Source: Tubiluchus corallicola (taxonomy: Eukaryota > Animalia > Priapulida). Taken from it: a stretch of DNA of 64,000 nucleotides. Below the pieces are notes generated by a model. The model saw only the letters and a program-made list of their open reading frames with translations, did no database searches and was not told the origin of the DNA. Shown here in pieces: positions 10,582 to 43,300 of this stretch. Both the position numbers and the translations under genes were made by a program. Position 1 is the stretch's first letter. Each line of letters starts with the position of its first letter. Location: contig JAQGDQ010000388.1 in NCBI GenBank assembly GCA_030141605.1, positions 62,001-126,000 on the forward strand, read 5' to 3'.

Positions 10582-12822
10582 TCGATGTCGTGCCACATCA
10601 TTGGTTGAAATTTCCCATCACTTTCTGGACGCTTTTTCTTGTATTTAGTGGTTAAGGTTCCTCAGCACGAATTATGTGGCCTGTGTGACATTTTACTAAT
10701 GTAACTAAGGTCTTTACAACTCTTCCAACTGTGTGAAGCAGATGAAATGAGGTTGTTGCTGAAGAATTATTTTTGTAATTCAGTTTTGGGTGCCTTGTAC
10801 GACAAATGCAGAGCAACTCACAGATGCTTGGAGGTTACATTCTGTGGGCAATTTGTAAAATAAACACTTTGTTTGTGGAAATTTATCTACTCACATTCAG
10901 ATTTCATGGTTACATAGAGTTGCAATATACAGTGTGCTGGGTCGTCAAACATTTTACTTTTTTGACACACACTGTGCATTGAGTACTTTAAAGTTTGTAA
11001 CGTGTATCTAATACTTACTACCATGTGGCAGAACAATGAACTATGCGTGTCCTTAGCTATGCGTGTCCTTAGAATATTGCCTGATATTATTGTTTGTGGA
11101 CAATTGCAGTTTTTCAGACAACTCAGAATTTTGACTTTGTATTGCTCAAAATAATGCCAATCGAGGCTAGTTGCTGATCACTGAATTTGAATTTGTAGGC
11201 AGGGTACTTTGGGCTTGTAAACATTGTGACTGGTTAATGATACTAGTTTTATGTAAGTAGCAGTAGTGTATGTACCTGTGAGATTAGTATTAGATCAGTG
11301 CATACAATAACTTGTTAGATTTAATGAAATTGAACATGGACACTCACAAACAGATGTCGCATTTTGAAGATGCCTGTCCTACTAGAATGTTGAACAATGA
11401 TCATTTAACGATACGATAATTTTTCACTGTCACGTGATAATGATTTTCAATTTTTCAGAAGACTCGTTAAGCTGCAATTAACAATTTGAATGATACCGAA
11501 CAGGCAACTTACATGATAGCTATATTTGATAATACACTTACTGAAATATTTTCAACTGACTGCTGTTTACGAAGAATAGATTACAAAACATAAACATCCT
11601 GTTTCAATGATTCAGAACATGGAAATCGTTATGAAAATGGAAGAATTGATAATCATACTTTGTTTTATAGCGATAACATTATTATTGACATCCTTAATAT
11701 TGCATTAGTATTTTGCCTTTTATAAATGGAGACGTTGGAAAACGTGCAAAGGGGATTAGTCGCTGCTACTTGAAAAAAAAACAAGAATAAGTCTTGGATT
11801 TTCATTGAACATACTAAAACACAGGAAAAATTTGTGTTTTTACCGAAAGCACTTATTATCCCCATCATATGCTATCTATTGATATTATATATTGGTTTTG
11901 GACTATTTGAGTTTTTGGACATGATTAAAGAGCATTCAGTTGTCGAACCATTTGTTCAAATTAGACTTCGTGAACACGCTGAGTTATGAGTATCGTTACT
12001 GGGAAGCTGCTAATTTTTTCTGTCAGTTTTAGTGCTGTAAACAGCATTTGCAATTTCGTGGCCCATTAAGGCTACAAGATCGAAATTTGACAAAGACTGA
12101 CCTATCAAGATACACAGCTTATAAACATGCCTAATCGCTTGCGCATGTAGTTAGAAATTGATCCGAAAGTACCACATAAATGAGAGTACATGTACTGCAT
12201 ATTTTAAAACAGTATTGCAGTTGTTGTTGATACACAGAATAGATTACCATATTAGGACTCTGAGTATTGAAAAGTAAGAACTTGAAACTTTGTATTGGTT
12301 AGATTTAAGTAAATTTACCAGTTTTGCTGATAAAACCACACAAACTCTGCTTCGCCAGTTTTTATTGATTGCTGTAATTGGGCAGGAATTGTAATGAAAC
12401 ACCGTTAAACACAAAAAATTGAACTGAATGCTGGCAGCTAGTGAAATTGGTTGATGTGAGTTGCGATCACTCAGTTCATCGATCAATCTCCTTAGTGGGT
12501 AAGCTTTACAGTTTTACACTACATTTAATTAGTTTCTGTAACACTACTTGTTGTGCAAAGTGCATAATATTAAGATTGGTAGTGTGTAAAGTGCATAATA
12601 TTAACATTGATCATTAAGAGACGGTCAGTGTTATCGTCTCTGCAGTGGTCTTGGGTCTCATCAAGAGACCTGGATCTTTAAAAACAAAACTGGTATTAGT
12701 TGCGTTACGAATTTCGATCGAGGCATATTGTACAGTGCTTAGCATTGTTTGTCAAATTCACGTCATAAACTTTTTGCGACATAATGTTTGACATTATTTG
12801 TGCAGAGCTAAAATTATGCTGT

Positions 12823-13000
12823 GATCATTATGTTACATAATGCTTGATAAATTCCTATTGAGATCATTGTAATGCTTGATAGTGCATTCTCAGATCATCA
12901 TTTTGTAATGTTTGATAAATTCCTATCGAGATCATATTATTGTAATGCTTAATAACGCGTTCTGAGATCATTTCGTAATGCTTGATAAATTCCTGTTGAA
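12823..13000. repeat. Degenerate ~32-38-bp tandem repeat
   Basis: About 5 copies of GATCAT..TAATGCTTGATAA with alternating ATTCCTATTGA / GCATTCTCA-like tails; a further copy near 13146. Confidence 0.75.
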
Positions 13001-14665
13001 AGCACTTGGCATTTTATAATTATAATAATTCTCAAAGAATTGTGAAGAATGCTTTCCTCAGTTCATTCTGAAAATATGCTTTGTAAAACTAGCTAAATAC
13101 ATGATAAGCTCGTTACGTTTTGTTAAGTCTTACACCTTCAGCCAAGATCATTGCTTTGTAATGTTTGATAAATTCTACTAATATCAAGACTATTTGATAA
13201 ATATGAGTTCATACTGATTATACTTTGTAATCTTCCTAAGTTCTTCCTATCGGTTTGTACAGTTCACGCTGAGATATGCTTAGAAATGCTCTCTAATTCA
13301 TACTAAACTCATACTCCACATAGAATGTCTTGACATTCCAAATTTCTTTAGCATTTTCTGGCATATTGTTCTGGATCAGTATTATGTCGAAAGATATTGC
13401 AAAGTTTGTCGGTTGTTTGTAAATTTCCTGATGATATAATGATCACATCAATTTGTACAGCACCTAATAAACATAAAGTAAAAATATTATTTGCTTGCTG
13501 TTCTTGTTTAGTTTAGAGAGTAAAACTACTGCATTTGTCATTCCTGCGTACATATGCATGCATAGGGAGGTTGCATTTAAATTCAAGAGTTACGCTTAAG
13601 TGAATAAGCATTGAAAGTACATGCAAACAGTTAGAAAATATAACAAAACATCAAATACGTTTGCATCAGGGAACAAAATATCTTTTTGCTGAATTCTTAT
13701 AAGACTGCTCAATTATTATTATACATGGTGCTAGGAAATGACAGCTCCTTAAAAAGTTTAAAGTAGATTTAAATGTATTTTTAATACTTTAATCATAATA
13801 TCTTTTATTTAATCTATTGTTAATGTTTTCTCCACTTGTTGTTGTCAGAAATCAAAAATATTGAAGAAGTGAGTCAATACACCATTCTCATTGAAAAATC
13901 AACAAAAAATCATATCCGCTTTTACAAACTTTATATAGCTGCAAATAACATCAGTACCAGATATTAAGATTAAGCGGCATTTATGCAGCATTCAGATGCG
14001 GATGCATTTTCGAGTTGTGGAATAGATAAAATCAGTTTATATTGTTTTCAATGCACTAATTTATGCAGCCTGCTTGCGCGTTATTCTTTTTCTGCAGCTA
14101 TTCCTATTGATTTTTTCCACAGGAAAAATGCATCCGGATGCTTCATAAATGCCACTTTAGTTTCCTTTACTCAAAATTAAATGTTCTTTCTCGTCGTTTT
14201 GTTGGTTTTTATCTGTTCCTCTTGGTTTCTTCTGTACAAAAAGAGGTAATCATTTCCTGAAATGCCCCTAATTTATTTGCAAGGTATACACCTATGTAAG
14301 GTAAAATTATTTTATTTTACTATTTTAGATCATTCATTTTTTGATGATAATCATGATGATATGATTCTTGTAGACATGAATTTGCAATGCATGATAAACA
14401 CTAAAGTGTAAAGTGATTTACCTGTCCAGCTGACATTAATGATGAAAAAATCTCAATGGCTGACATTAAAGGATTGAGTTAACTATCAATCCCCAGTAAA
14501 CTGTTTACATTCGTTTTTCTAACAGCATTTTTTAAGCAGTGTCAGCTGTTATACAGTAAGATCTATGCAGTCCAGTTCCAGAAATATGCTGAGTTTCCTT
14601 TCAATGCTTTATTTAACAAAACAACAATTATTACAGCAATTATGAATATTAAAAGCCATCAAGGG

Positions 14666-27431
<12,766 letters not shown>

Positions 27432-28200
27432 TGCTGCGATCCCAACACCTACAAATAATCTATTAATCTATGTTTTATTTTAAAATAATTTAAACTATAA
27501 TCCGAACTCTTATAGAAACGCTTTTACAAATTAGTAAACCACGTGTGGAACGGTGCGGCTGTTTGTGCTGCCGTCTGTGATGTGATATCCGACCTATTTT
27601 AAGACGTTCTTGTTCACTCTTTTTATTTACATGTCAGTAATAATGATTTCTGATAACGACTGAATCAGATACAGTGATACGGTAATTAAGAATAGGCCTA
27701 AACAGAGCTCTCTCTGCCAAATGGCAGCCGCTCTTCTTTATGTGAGGTCTTTGGTGCAAGGACTATCAATTCTCTCAAATACTTCTTTGTTTGTTGTTTT
27801 TTGGTTTCCACGATAAATAAAAAGACAACCACTTTGGTTATTGCAACATCTTTTATTCTTCACAGAAGCTGTATTATCTCCTTGAGCAAGAAGTTTTGAA
27901 CTTGAACACTTATTTTGGCTGATACAAGGCCAATGGTCAAAATCGCACTCCTGTTTTTGGCGATGCACCCGAACTTTCGGCTAACATTAAATACGAAACA
28001 GCATGGCTGTGTTAATTGAAACAAAAATTTGTAACTTTGTACAAAAGTAAAGCACTTTGCATAGATTCCGTTCTAGCGTAAAAGTTTTACTATTCTACTC
28101 GTACGCAGGACCAGAACAAGCGTTTTCAAACTAGAAATTCACCAACACGGAAGTTATGTGAGTTTTACCTCTTGGTCCTAGGTAACTAAAGCAAGGTGGC
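27432..28200. promoter_or_regulatory. Putative bidirectional promoter between RRP9 and the SMIM29-like gene
   Basis: Head-to-head genes; CACGTG near 27540, YY1-like AAATGGCAGCCG near 27719, ETS-like CGGAAGT near 28148. A possible 5'UTR donor lies near 28182 and an acceptor at 28812. Confidence 0.45.
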
Positions 28201-28907
28201 TCGTGCAGCTCATTCTTTCAATTTAATTTAAGACTGGTTCATGCATTATTCTTTCACATTTAGTAAAATAAGATGCAATGTCCAGTAAAATAAGATTCAT
28301 ATGTAGAAGAAAACCGATTGAAGATTAGTAATACTAATAGTGTCTCATTTGTCTTTGACATTTTTTCACTTTTACTTTAGCTACTTACATTTTATCTTTT
28401 CTAGCATTATATTATATTTACTTATCTTTTCTGTCATTTGGTTTATGATTTTGTCTTGATTTAGTTAGTATGAGTAACCATTAGTAACATTTCAATTATT
28501 ATTCTCATTTAAATCCTGTTATTTTTACGTTGTATCATATGTTATTACATTTTCTTGTTCTAGTGTGTCATTTAACTTTAATTTTGTTCAGTTGTCTATT
28601 TGTTTAATTGTCTATGCGTAATGTCGACTTGACTAGTTGACCAGTTATTACTACATGGAAAAACATGCTATTATGGAAAAAACCGAGTAAACTTGAACAT
28701 AAACTACCTGTTTTATTATTATTTTAAAGTTCAATTTTGACACTGACTATTAGTACTTACCATAACACAACAATCTGGTTACTTATATGTTACTTTTGTC
28801 TGATATTTTTAGGGCTTTGAAATGTGTGCCGAGTTGGCCTGTTGGTGACTAACCTACTCCTGTGTCTAATGTAAATCTCCTTACGGCTTGCATGACTTTA
28901 GCAAGAG

Positions 28908-34892
<5,985 letters not shown>

Positions 34893-37163
34893 TGGCGTCT
34901 TAAGTTGAGGGATGGCTACAGAGTGGTAATGTGTGATGAGCGATGGCAAATTTCTGGTCATTTTTAGCAAAAATAATTGCTAGTCAACAACGTCAGTGTG
35001 TTTGTAGCTTTTTATGTGGCTACTGCAGTATGTTGTTATGCATACATAGTGATACACTTATTATGTATATGTACGTAATATCTTGACGGGTCTCTGCTCT
35101 GCATGGCTTTGCTGTTGTAATACGTGAAGCTTTTATTAGAACGAAAAGGTGATGGTTTATGCCTGAATCTCAAAGTGAACAAGTAAATTAGTCTAATGGT
35201 TGATGTGAAGAAAAAGTGGCATCTGTTTGTGACAAGGTTTGCACTTTGTTTGAGCACACAGTCATTTGTGCTGCGCTGATAACGGGTATATAATTCTGAT
35301 TAACCATTTCAATATGTATTTTTTAATTAACTAAGGTTGAGATTAATTAATGAAATCTCTTTTTGCAGTCATTCTGTTTGCGTGCGTGTGTACGTGCCTG
35401 CCTGCTTGCGTGCGTGTGCGTAGATGATGGAGTTTCTCTGAAACTGGATCTTCACTAACCATTGTGGTTGGCTTACAAAAATCGTGTACATAAATCCAAA
35501 TTTTGCATGCATGATTTACTTTCTTAATTAAAAACACATAAAATGATTAATGTACTTTGTGACAAGAAACGTTACTGATTAGTGATTTATCGCCAATAAT
35601 TAGTGCCAGATTTACCTACTTATGAGTCCCAGGCCAAACTCATGAGGGGACCCAAATTTACAGAAGTGTTGGCATGTTTCAGTGTCCAATATGTATAGGA
35701 CACTGTGGGTCCTATACACCATACTCCCGATCCTATATTTATTGTACAGGGGCCATTATGATTTTCAATATATTATATAATGGTATATCTAGTATGCACT
35801 TTGAACACGGTTTTGTGCTGGCACTCTGCGTGTCAAATTAGTTTCAGTGGACCTCCCAGATACCCATGTACCCAGTGTTATATTCTTGTTTTACTACCAC
35901 TTTCATTTTGAATTTTGATGTGTATCAATGTAACACGTGCATATTATGCCTTGTTTATTATATGAGAGCATGCATACTGCTGTGTAAATATGGTAAAGGC
36001 ATAAAATTGGTATAAAATTCCATAAGTATTATGCAAATGATTCTTTGACATTTGTCATGTAATGTTTTTATCAGCCCATGGTAATTTATTACTACTGTAA
36101 TTTTGAAATAATCATTTAGTGTTGTCACTAAAGTCTTGCACTTGTCTTGGCCAGTATTTATTTTTCTAACTGTTTAATGGAAATGCTGGTTAGTTTCCTA
36201 ACTGTTAAATTGTACGTTAGTACAAATAGTTATATAACACACATTGCTCGAATCATTGTACCATGTCAACAAAAAAACATTTGCGGCCTTTTTTGCAAAA
36301 GGATCTCTCTCTATTCTACAAATAGAAATGAAAACTGACTTTTTATGAATTTTAGAACTAATTTTAGGTCCAAGAAATTAATTTCCTGAAGGTTCAAGAT
36401 TGTACGTTTATTTACCAGTGTTGAGTGGTTCATTTGTAGAGATCTTTAGCCATTGTAAGCTCTTGACTATTAGTTCTTAACGTAGCCAAAGAGATGGGCT
36501 TTTAAAATATCCAATAGTTAGATGTATGTTATCTCAGGCTATCATCTTTTTCATATATATCTTTTTATTTTTACACTAGAGTAGGCCTAATCTTATTTTT
36601 TACTGTGTTTTCAAGAATACTCATTGTCATATATGCTAAAATGATCGTAAAAATATTGATTAACTGAATCCTGATACGTTTCTCATAATATTATTGGTTT
36701 CACTGTTCGTTATTCGGATTAGATTTCCACCCAGTAAAAGTTGTGCACACGCACACAATACTTCTAATGATTATTGTCTTCTACACCCTCCTCAAGTTTC
36801 TTTGACAGCCAAAGATGAACATTTCAGTCTGTCCAGGTACCAGTTTTTCTGTCTATTTGATTGATAGGTTACTTGAGATCACAGAGTTCAATGTCGCATA
36901 AGAGCCTTGCTATTGTCTTCCACTTCTGCCATATCTTTAATGATATTATAATAACTTATAAAACCTTGTTATTATAAAATACGTATTCAATGTACAAATA
37001 ATTGTTATCGACATCTGTGATGGTTAGATTTATGGATTTTTGATTATTTTGCGACTATTTATTATTTTATCAAAAGTAATTGACGTTAATTAACTGAACT
37101 ACATTTTTGTTGTACAAATGTATGCCATTTATATTAAAAATAAAATTCTAAATTATGAGAAGA

Positions 37164-40100
37164 TTTATTGTGGTAGTAATGTCTAAAAATAGCTGCTTCA
37201 GATGCACATAGGGTCCACAGCTTGTTACCAAATGCTAGCTAAACTGAAAACACGCTTGCTTAATATCTCTAATTTTTTACCTTTTTAAATAAAGACAAAC
37301 TACGAATGTTTATTCATTTCAGTGTATTAAATTATAACATTTGGTTTGACGCAGTTATTACAAAGCTTTCATGTTACATGAACAGGAGAACAATTATATA
37401 ATTTCAAATTCACTATCAAAATAAGAAGCTGAATACTTATATAAATTAAAATAACAATTATTTTGTCAATTTTTGTGCCATTTTGATAGACAATAATTAA
37501 TATGATGATAATGTTAGCCTCTTGAGAATAAGTGAGATTCGACAGACTAACTGCTCATTAATTTATATTCCTGTTAACTGCGGCCAAGCAAGATGCTAAT
37601 ATAACCTAGTAATTTTTATTTCATCTGCTACTCTAAGACATCAAAAGTTTCAAAATTAAAAAACATTTCAATTATATTCCACGAAATGGTCAAACCTTAT
37701 ATTAATACAATGGCATGCCAGGCTTTTATTTTTTATATCCAAGTTAGGATAATTGAACACGTAATTGAACAAACAAGCAGTACAGCAGCCGTAAGCCCCT
37801 TGCTCTACACAAACATAAACAAAGTGAATGTTTTATGAAAACTATCACTTTAAATGCAAAACAAAAAACATTAAAGTAATATTGCTATACTACACTACTA
37901 ATCTCACTAGAAGAGTCTCAATATGTCTAGGTAATCAGATAAAATTTAATGATTCGGCCACATAGGAAGTGTTCAACCAAATCGGCTGCTTTATATACAA
38001 ATAATTACTGTATGATGTGCGCAGTATTTTCCCAAAGAAGTGTACAATACTGTGGCAGTGTTGTGTAGCTATGAATACAATATATAAAAACACGGAATAC
38101 TCAAAAGACACGATTAAATTAAAATGGGTAAAATATGTTACGTGACAGCTACATTAACCAGTGAGGTTTCTACATTAAATGCATCTCTCTAACTGGTGCA
38201 AATTTCTTCTCTAAAAGCCGAAATAAACTCACATTACAAACAGAGGGAACTACTTTTAGGTTCGTGTTCATGCGCTATGAACAGGAGGTAAATCGGTTAA
38301 GTTAGTCACTGTCGATGCCAGGGCGCAGTTAGTACACCCTGCTACACAGGACTTGGGAGGTACACTATATAACGATAACGACCACCTAGAGGTATATGCA
38401 CATGGCAATGTAAAAAACGGACAGGTGCCTCTATGCTATTGGACTGGCGGTCACTCAAATTGATAATGCAAAATATTTAAATACAATTCTGATAAGTACC
38501 TATCTAAGATATACGATTACATAATATTTTACAAATTACAATAATAATTATAAGCAAAAGCGACAGTCAGAAGCTAACACCGAAAAAGCTATCCAAAATA
38601 ATACACGAGGGTCTTAGATAAAAACCGTGTTTTATCAAAATGCCCTTTCATTAATGATCTCTGGGAGAAAAATGGAGAATTGGGGTGATTTAAAATTTTT
38701 TTATTCACATATGGAAATATTAAAAACGAAACAGTGGCAGCTCGTAACTAAAATTAATGGGGATGATGCTTCAGAAAATTTTTAGCCATTGTTTTAAAAT
38801 TGTGTAAAATGAAGCAAACTTATAAAAAGAAAATTTATACATAAATTCGATAAAATCTTAAACAAGAAACATTTTTTACTTACTAATAGCCTAAATTGTT
38901 ACAGTTCAAGTTAAATTAATCTAATTAATTAATTTATTAAGTTAATTTAAGTTAAAATTGATCCATTCATTTAAAAACAAAATCATTGTTTTCTTTGAGC
39001 AAAAAGATTAATAGTTTTCTCCTTGATCCACACTGCAGGAGTGACAGTGCTTTCTCTAACTAGCATGAAAATAGGGGTACTGCAGTTCCAGTGTTGAGAC
39101 TTAAGAAATACAAATGTAGCATGATATAAATTTATCAGGTAAATAAGCCAATGCATATCCAAAATCAGAAAAGCCGAAAAACAAATGTGTGGACTCAAAA
39201 ATGGACAGGCAAGAGTTCATTAATGGACATCTTAACAAAACAGGACTTTGCTAGAGAACAGAAACTTTCTACCAAAATTGTGTAGCCATAAAACACATTC
39301 AACACATGCTTTGAAATATAAATTACAAGGCAGTAAATAGCTTACTGTAAAACTGCTTACAACAATAGGACTTTACAACTAACAATAGAACAGTCATAAA
39401 AAGTACACCAAAGCTAAAAGCAACCCTGAGATGTATGAATGGAAGGTTTTACTTTCGACGAGGTAGAGTCAGTTTAAAAATACACAACAGGGGCCTTAAC
39501 TGCCCCACAAAACACTAACAATTTAACAGCTATGATATCCATTAAGTCTACCTAAAGAAACTAAGGTTCAATACTAAGGCATTACCACCTAACACTTCTT
39601 CATCGTTTTAACGAAAAATTCGTAACACATTATTTGGCGTTGTCTCTACACTCTAAGACTTATTAATTCAATAAATAGTGTGTGGAAGTCATTTTACATG
39701 CAAACGTCTTATGTTCTAGTTCTAAACAATGGAAGGATTTTCAGGAATTAAATTGTGAAATATCTTGCAAAAGATCAGTCTTTCCTATATAAATAAAGAT
39801 TATACTTTTAGATAGATTAAAATCATTTTTGGCACCACTCAAAGCTCAAGATGAAATGTGTCAACTAAATTAGTTCGAGAGGCAATTAATGTAAATTGTA
39901 CGTCCAAACAGGAATTGATGTAAAGTAAATTACTTACAATAAAGTAAATGTTACAAAAATTGTTGGAATACTCATTGCTAATAACTACAATCTTCAATTG
40001 TACTGGAAAATGCTGTAGAAGACGGGTAGACTCTGTCGCAGTAAAGTTGAAGTTCAAAGAATTCGTGTCACCATCTTTTAAGTTCAGAAAATTTAACTGG

Positions 40101-40396
40101 AGCTATGACTGGTGTCATCATGTCAAAGATAATAAATTATGCAGCTGCCACCATTTGGAGGTCTTGAGAAACTGAACTACTCAAAATTTGCATGAGACTC
40201 AGATACTGATTGACGTCAACAGGCCAGACAACTTTTATACACATTGGCAACAAATGTATTCACAAACAAGAGGTACAATGTGTGTGAGGTATTTGTAAAA
40301 CATGCAACGGGAAGCTTCTAGGCTTCCATTTTGAACTTTTTGAAAGCTCGAGTACATGTTTTCAAAACAGTTCTTGCGTTAATGTGGACGTTTTCG
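37164..40396 (-). promoter_or_regulatory. Putative HMGA 3'UTR with six let-7 seed matches; poly(A) signal at 37169-37164
   Basis: Plus-strand GAGGTA (TACCTC on the mRNA) at 38285, 38357, 38389, 39460 (GAGGTAG), 40270 and 40286 (TGAGGTA); minus-strand AATAAA at 37164. The UTR end is inferred. Confidence 0.6.
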
Positions 40397-43300
40397 TTAT
40401 TTCTTCTTCGTCGCCTTTTCTGCTTTTTCAGGCGGCTTTTCCTCTTTCTCTTCGGTGCTGACCTCTGGCTTCGGTTGTGATGGACCAGCAACACTTTCAG
40501 CTGTCCCCTGAAAGAAAACAACGTGCTTTAATTTTACAGTCTTAAACAAAAATACAACGACAGATTTGGATAAGAAGACAAGTCCCATTGTCTCTTTCCG
40601 CCGTTAGTCAGTAGACTGCAGATTTTTTGTATCACTCAGCACCCTGCAAAGTGGATTCCAGCATTCAACAGCAAAACCTACCTAATGTAAATGACTTTGG
40701 TGGGAAACGAGAAAGTAGAATTTAGCTCTTTATCAAGGATAACCCTACCAGATAGCCCTAAACTCGCAGAGATGTCTTAGGCACATTTGAGATCCATATA
40801 GATCTTCTGTTACCGAGGTAAACTGAAACACCCGGGGCAATATGGCAGGTTCAAATGCTCAAAAGCAGTCTTCCAAGCGGTCAACCATCCAATTGCTGAC
40901 TAGGCTCAGCCACTAAACACATTGCGCCAATCTGCGTCGGCAAACTACACAAAGATACATCCATTGATTTAGTCCTTCAAACAGCAGCTTTCAGATCGCC
41001 TTTTCATATGGACATACAATAATATTTACCTTTTAGATACACTGTTTTGTGCAGTACATGTATGTTGTGAAACTGCTTACCATCACAACGGAAGTGATTG
41101 TTATAGCCTAGCAAGGCAATCCGAAACGCTAAAAGTATTATAGTTGTTGAAAAACATACTGAAAAACCGCGAACGCAGAAAGGTCGAAATAACTTAGTGT
41201 TTCCGAGAAAACCTATTAAAATTATTATAGGCATATGAATTTTATGAAGGACACGTGAAGTTATGCAACTCACTATCTGGTGAACACTTGAAGGCCAAGG
41301 CTGTGAAATGTTTAGAGAACTTGTAACAGTTTAAATAGTGAAGACCTGCCAATAAAGTGCAAGGTATCGAGTATGAAATAACACCAAGCGTTACCTAATA
41401 TTTGAGCTTAGAACATTGATTCAGGGGACAGTTGGCTTGTAGCGGAAGAATTTCGAATTGGGAGAGGCATTTTGTTAGGGTAGGATTTTCAGTAGAGGGA
41501 GCACTCGAAATTAGGAAAGAATGTGCAATGGGTATTATGAGTAGACATGGACAGGCCAAAGTGGACATTAAAATTAAAATGGAGGTTTTGTGTTGCGAGG
41601 ATTTCACTATTTAATATTTTCTTTTGATGACACTAGGGCAGAAAATTTATTTTTAAAGTAAAAAATTCAGACAAGGTTATATTATTTAGCATACGCTTAC
41701 TTGTTTGAAAGACATGCAACTGAAAAAGAAATTTCTAAATAATTTAAAACACTCACGCCAAATGACAAAACGTCACTGTTTCATAATCCCACAATGCATC
41801 AAAAATATATTATTAATCTTACTGAAAAAATAAAGCAAATTGTATTTTTATTTAGTTAATACGAAAGTTCTGATTATATTTTCGAACTTCACCTGTCGAG
41901 AAATTAAATTCTGCTTTATTCATATGGGCTTCAATACAGTTCAGGCCTTTAACTAGGTCAATTTCTAGAGAAAGATATGTGTAATTTAGTTTACGGTACG
42001 ACTTCTTCCTGTACAAAATAAAGAATATTTGGTTCGCAAATTTCTATATCTAAAATGATTTTCTTTCTACGTATCGGATCTAAAACTTTACAACAATGGT
42101 GCCGAAACGGCGCAATGTTATCTAAACTTATTTCAAACGACTTACCATCAAAATGGCTGCGCCTAACGTTTAGTTTAAATTTTCAAGTTCTAATACACAA
42201 GCTCTGTGCGCAATAACGGCATGCAGGTGATGCAAAATTTCCAAACGATTTTAAGCTCAATGTATGTTAAGGGTTTTCTTTTCCGTGGGCCCAACACTTT
42301 CTGCTTCGTTTCCGTGACACTTTCATCTTTCATTGGCTTCATTATCACTCATTCTATTTTTGTAGCTTAACATCAACATCAAACATATCACAACCAACTG
42401 GTCCCACCCTTTCGCACACCCGTTATTCAAAAAAAAGTACGTATCTTTCTAAATTTCGGTCTACTAAATGCATAACTAACAGTTCTTGTAATCGTGTGCC
42501 TAACTTATAAATAACGTATCTACTCACTAAAAGGTCTTTATATAGGTTGTACCTGTTAGCCAATCAGCATTTGATTAACTACCCATTGTTCTTTTTATTC
42601 TAAATGTACTTATGATTGTAGTGCTTCATATCAAATAAAAATATGGTTTAAACTAAGGGGTTTTTTGTCTTTTAATAAAGTGCCTTATAGCCTCTTCCCG
42701 CCCCCAATAACATGCGTGGACGTACTTCAAATTTTATAATCTACTGAAACAAGGATTTCCTATTTAATTGATTCAAATTGGTTGCAATTAAAAAATTAGT
42801 TTCTTTAATTTAATTGTTTTACTATTACTGTAGACGTATAATGGTGATACAACGACAATTCGGAAATAAGAAGAAATTGAGGCCTTTTGGGATAGCGAGG
42901 GGAGCAATATCATTTGAAACTCTTGGAAACTTCTTGACCGGGACTTTGCGAAAGCGCAATGTCCTGATGATCTTGTCAGAAATGTTTGCTTCTAGTTACA
43001 CATGTCCAAAACAGAAGGGAACGGAATAAAACGCAGCAGAATGAAACCCTGCCAACCAGAACAGATAGTTAAAGTTTCAAGTTTCAAGTTTATTTATAAT
43101 TACACTTAATATAAACTTACACTGAATATGAGAAGAATGTACATAAATACGGTGATTATTAATGTACTAATCACAGTGTAGATTGAGGAGACTTTGGCAT
43201 GGTCTGGCAATGGCCGCATTTCGCCAAGACCTCCTCGGAAAAAAGAAAAAAACAAAAGACAAATAGGCCAGAGATAAAAGAAGGGAGGAAAAGAGGGATA

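Noticed and set aside
41000-41620. Possible degraded LINE fragment / short ORFs
   Set aside because: No recognisable RT or endonuclease motif.
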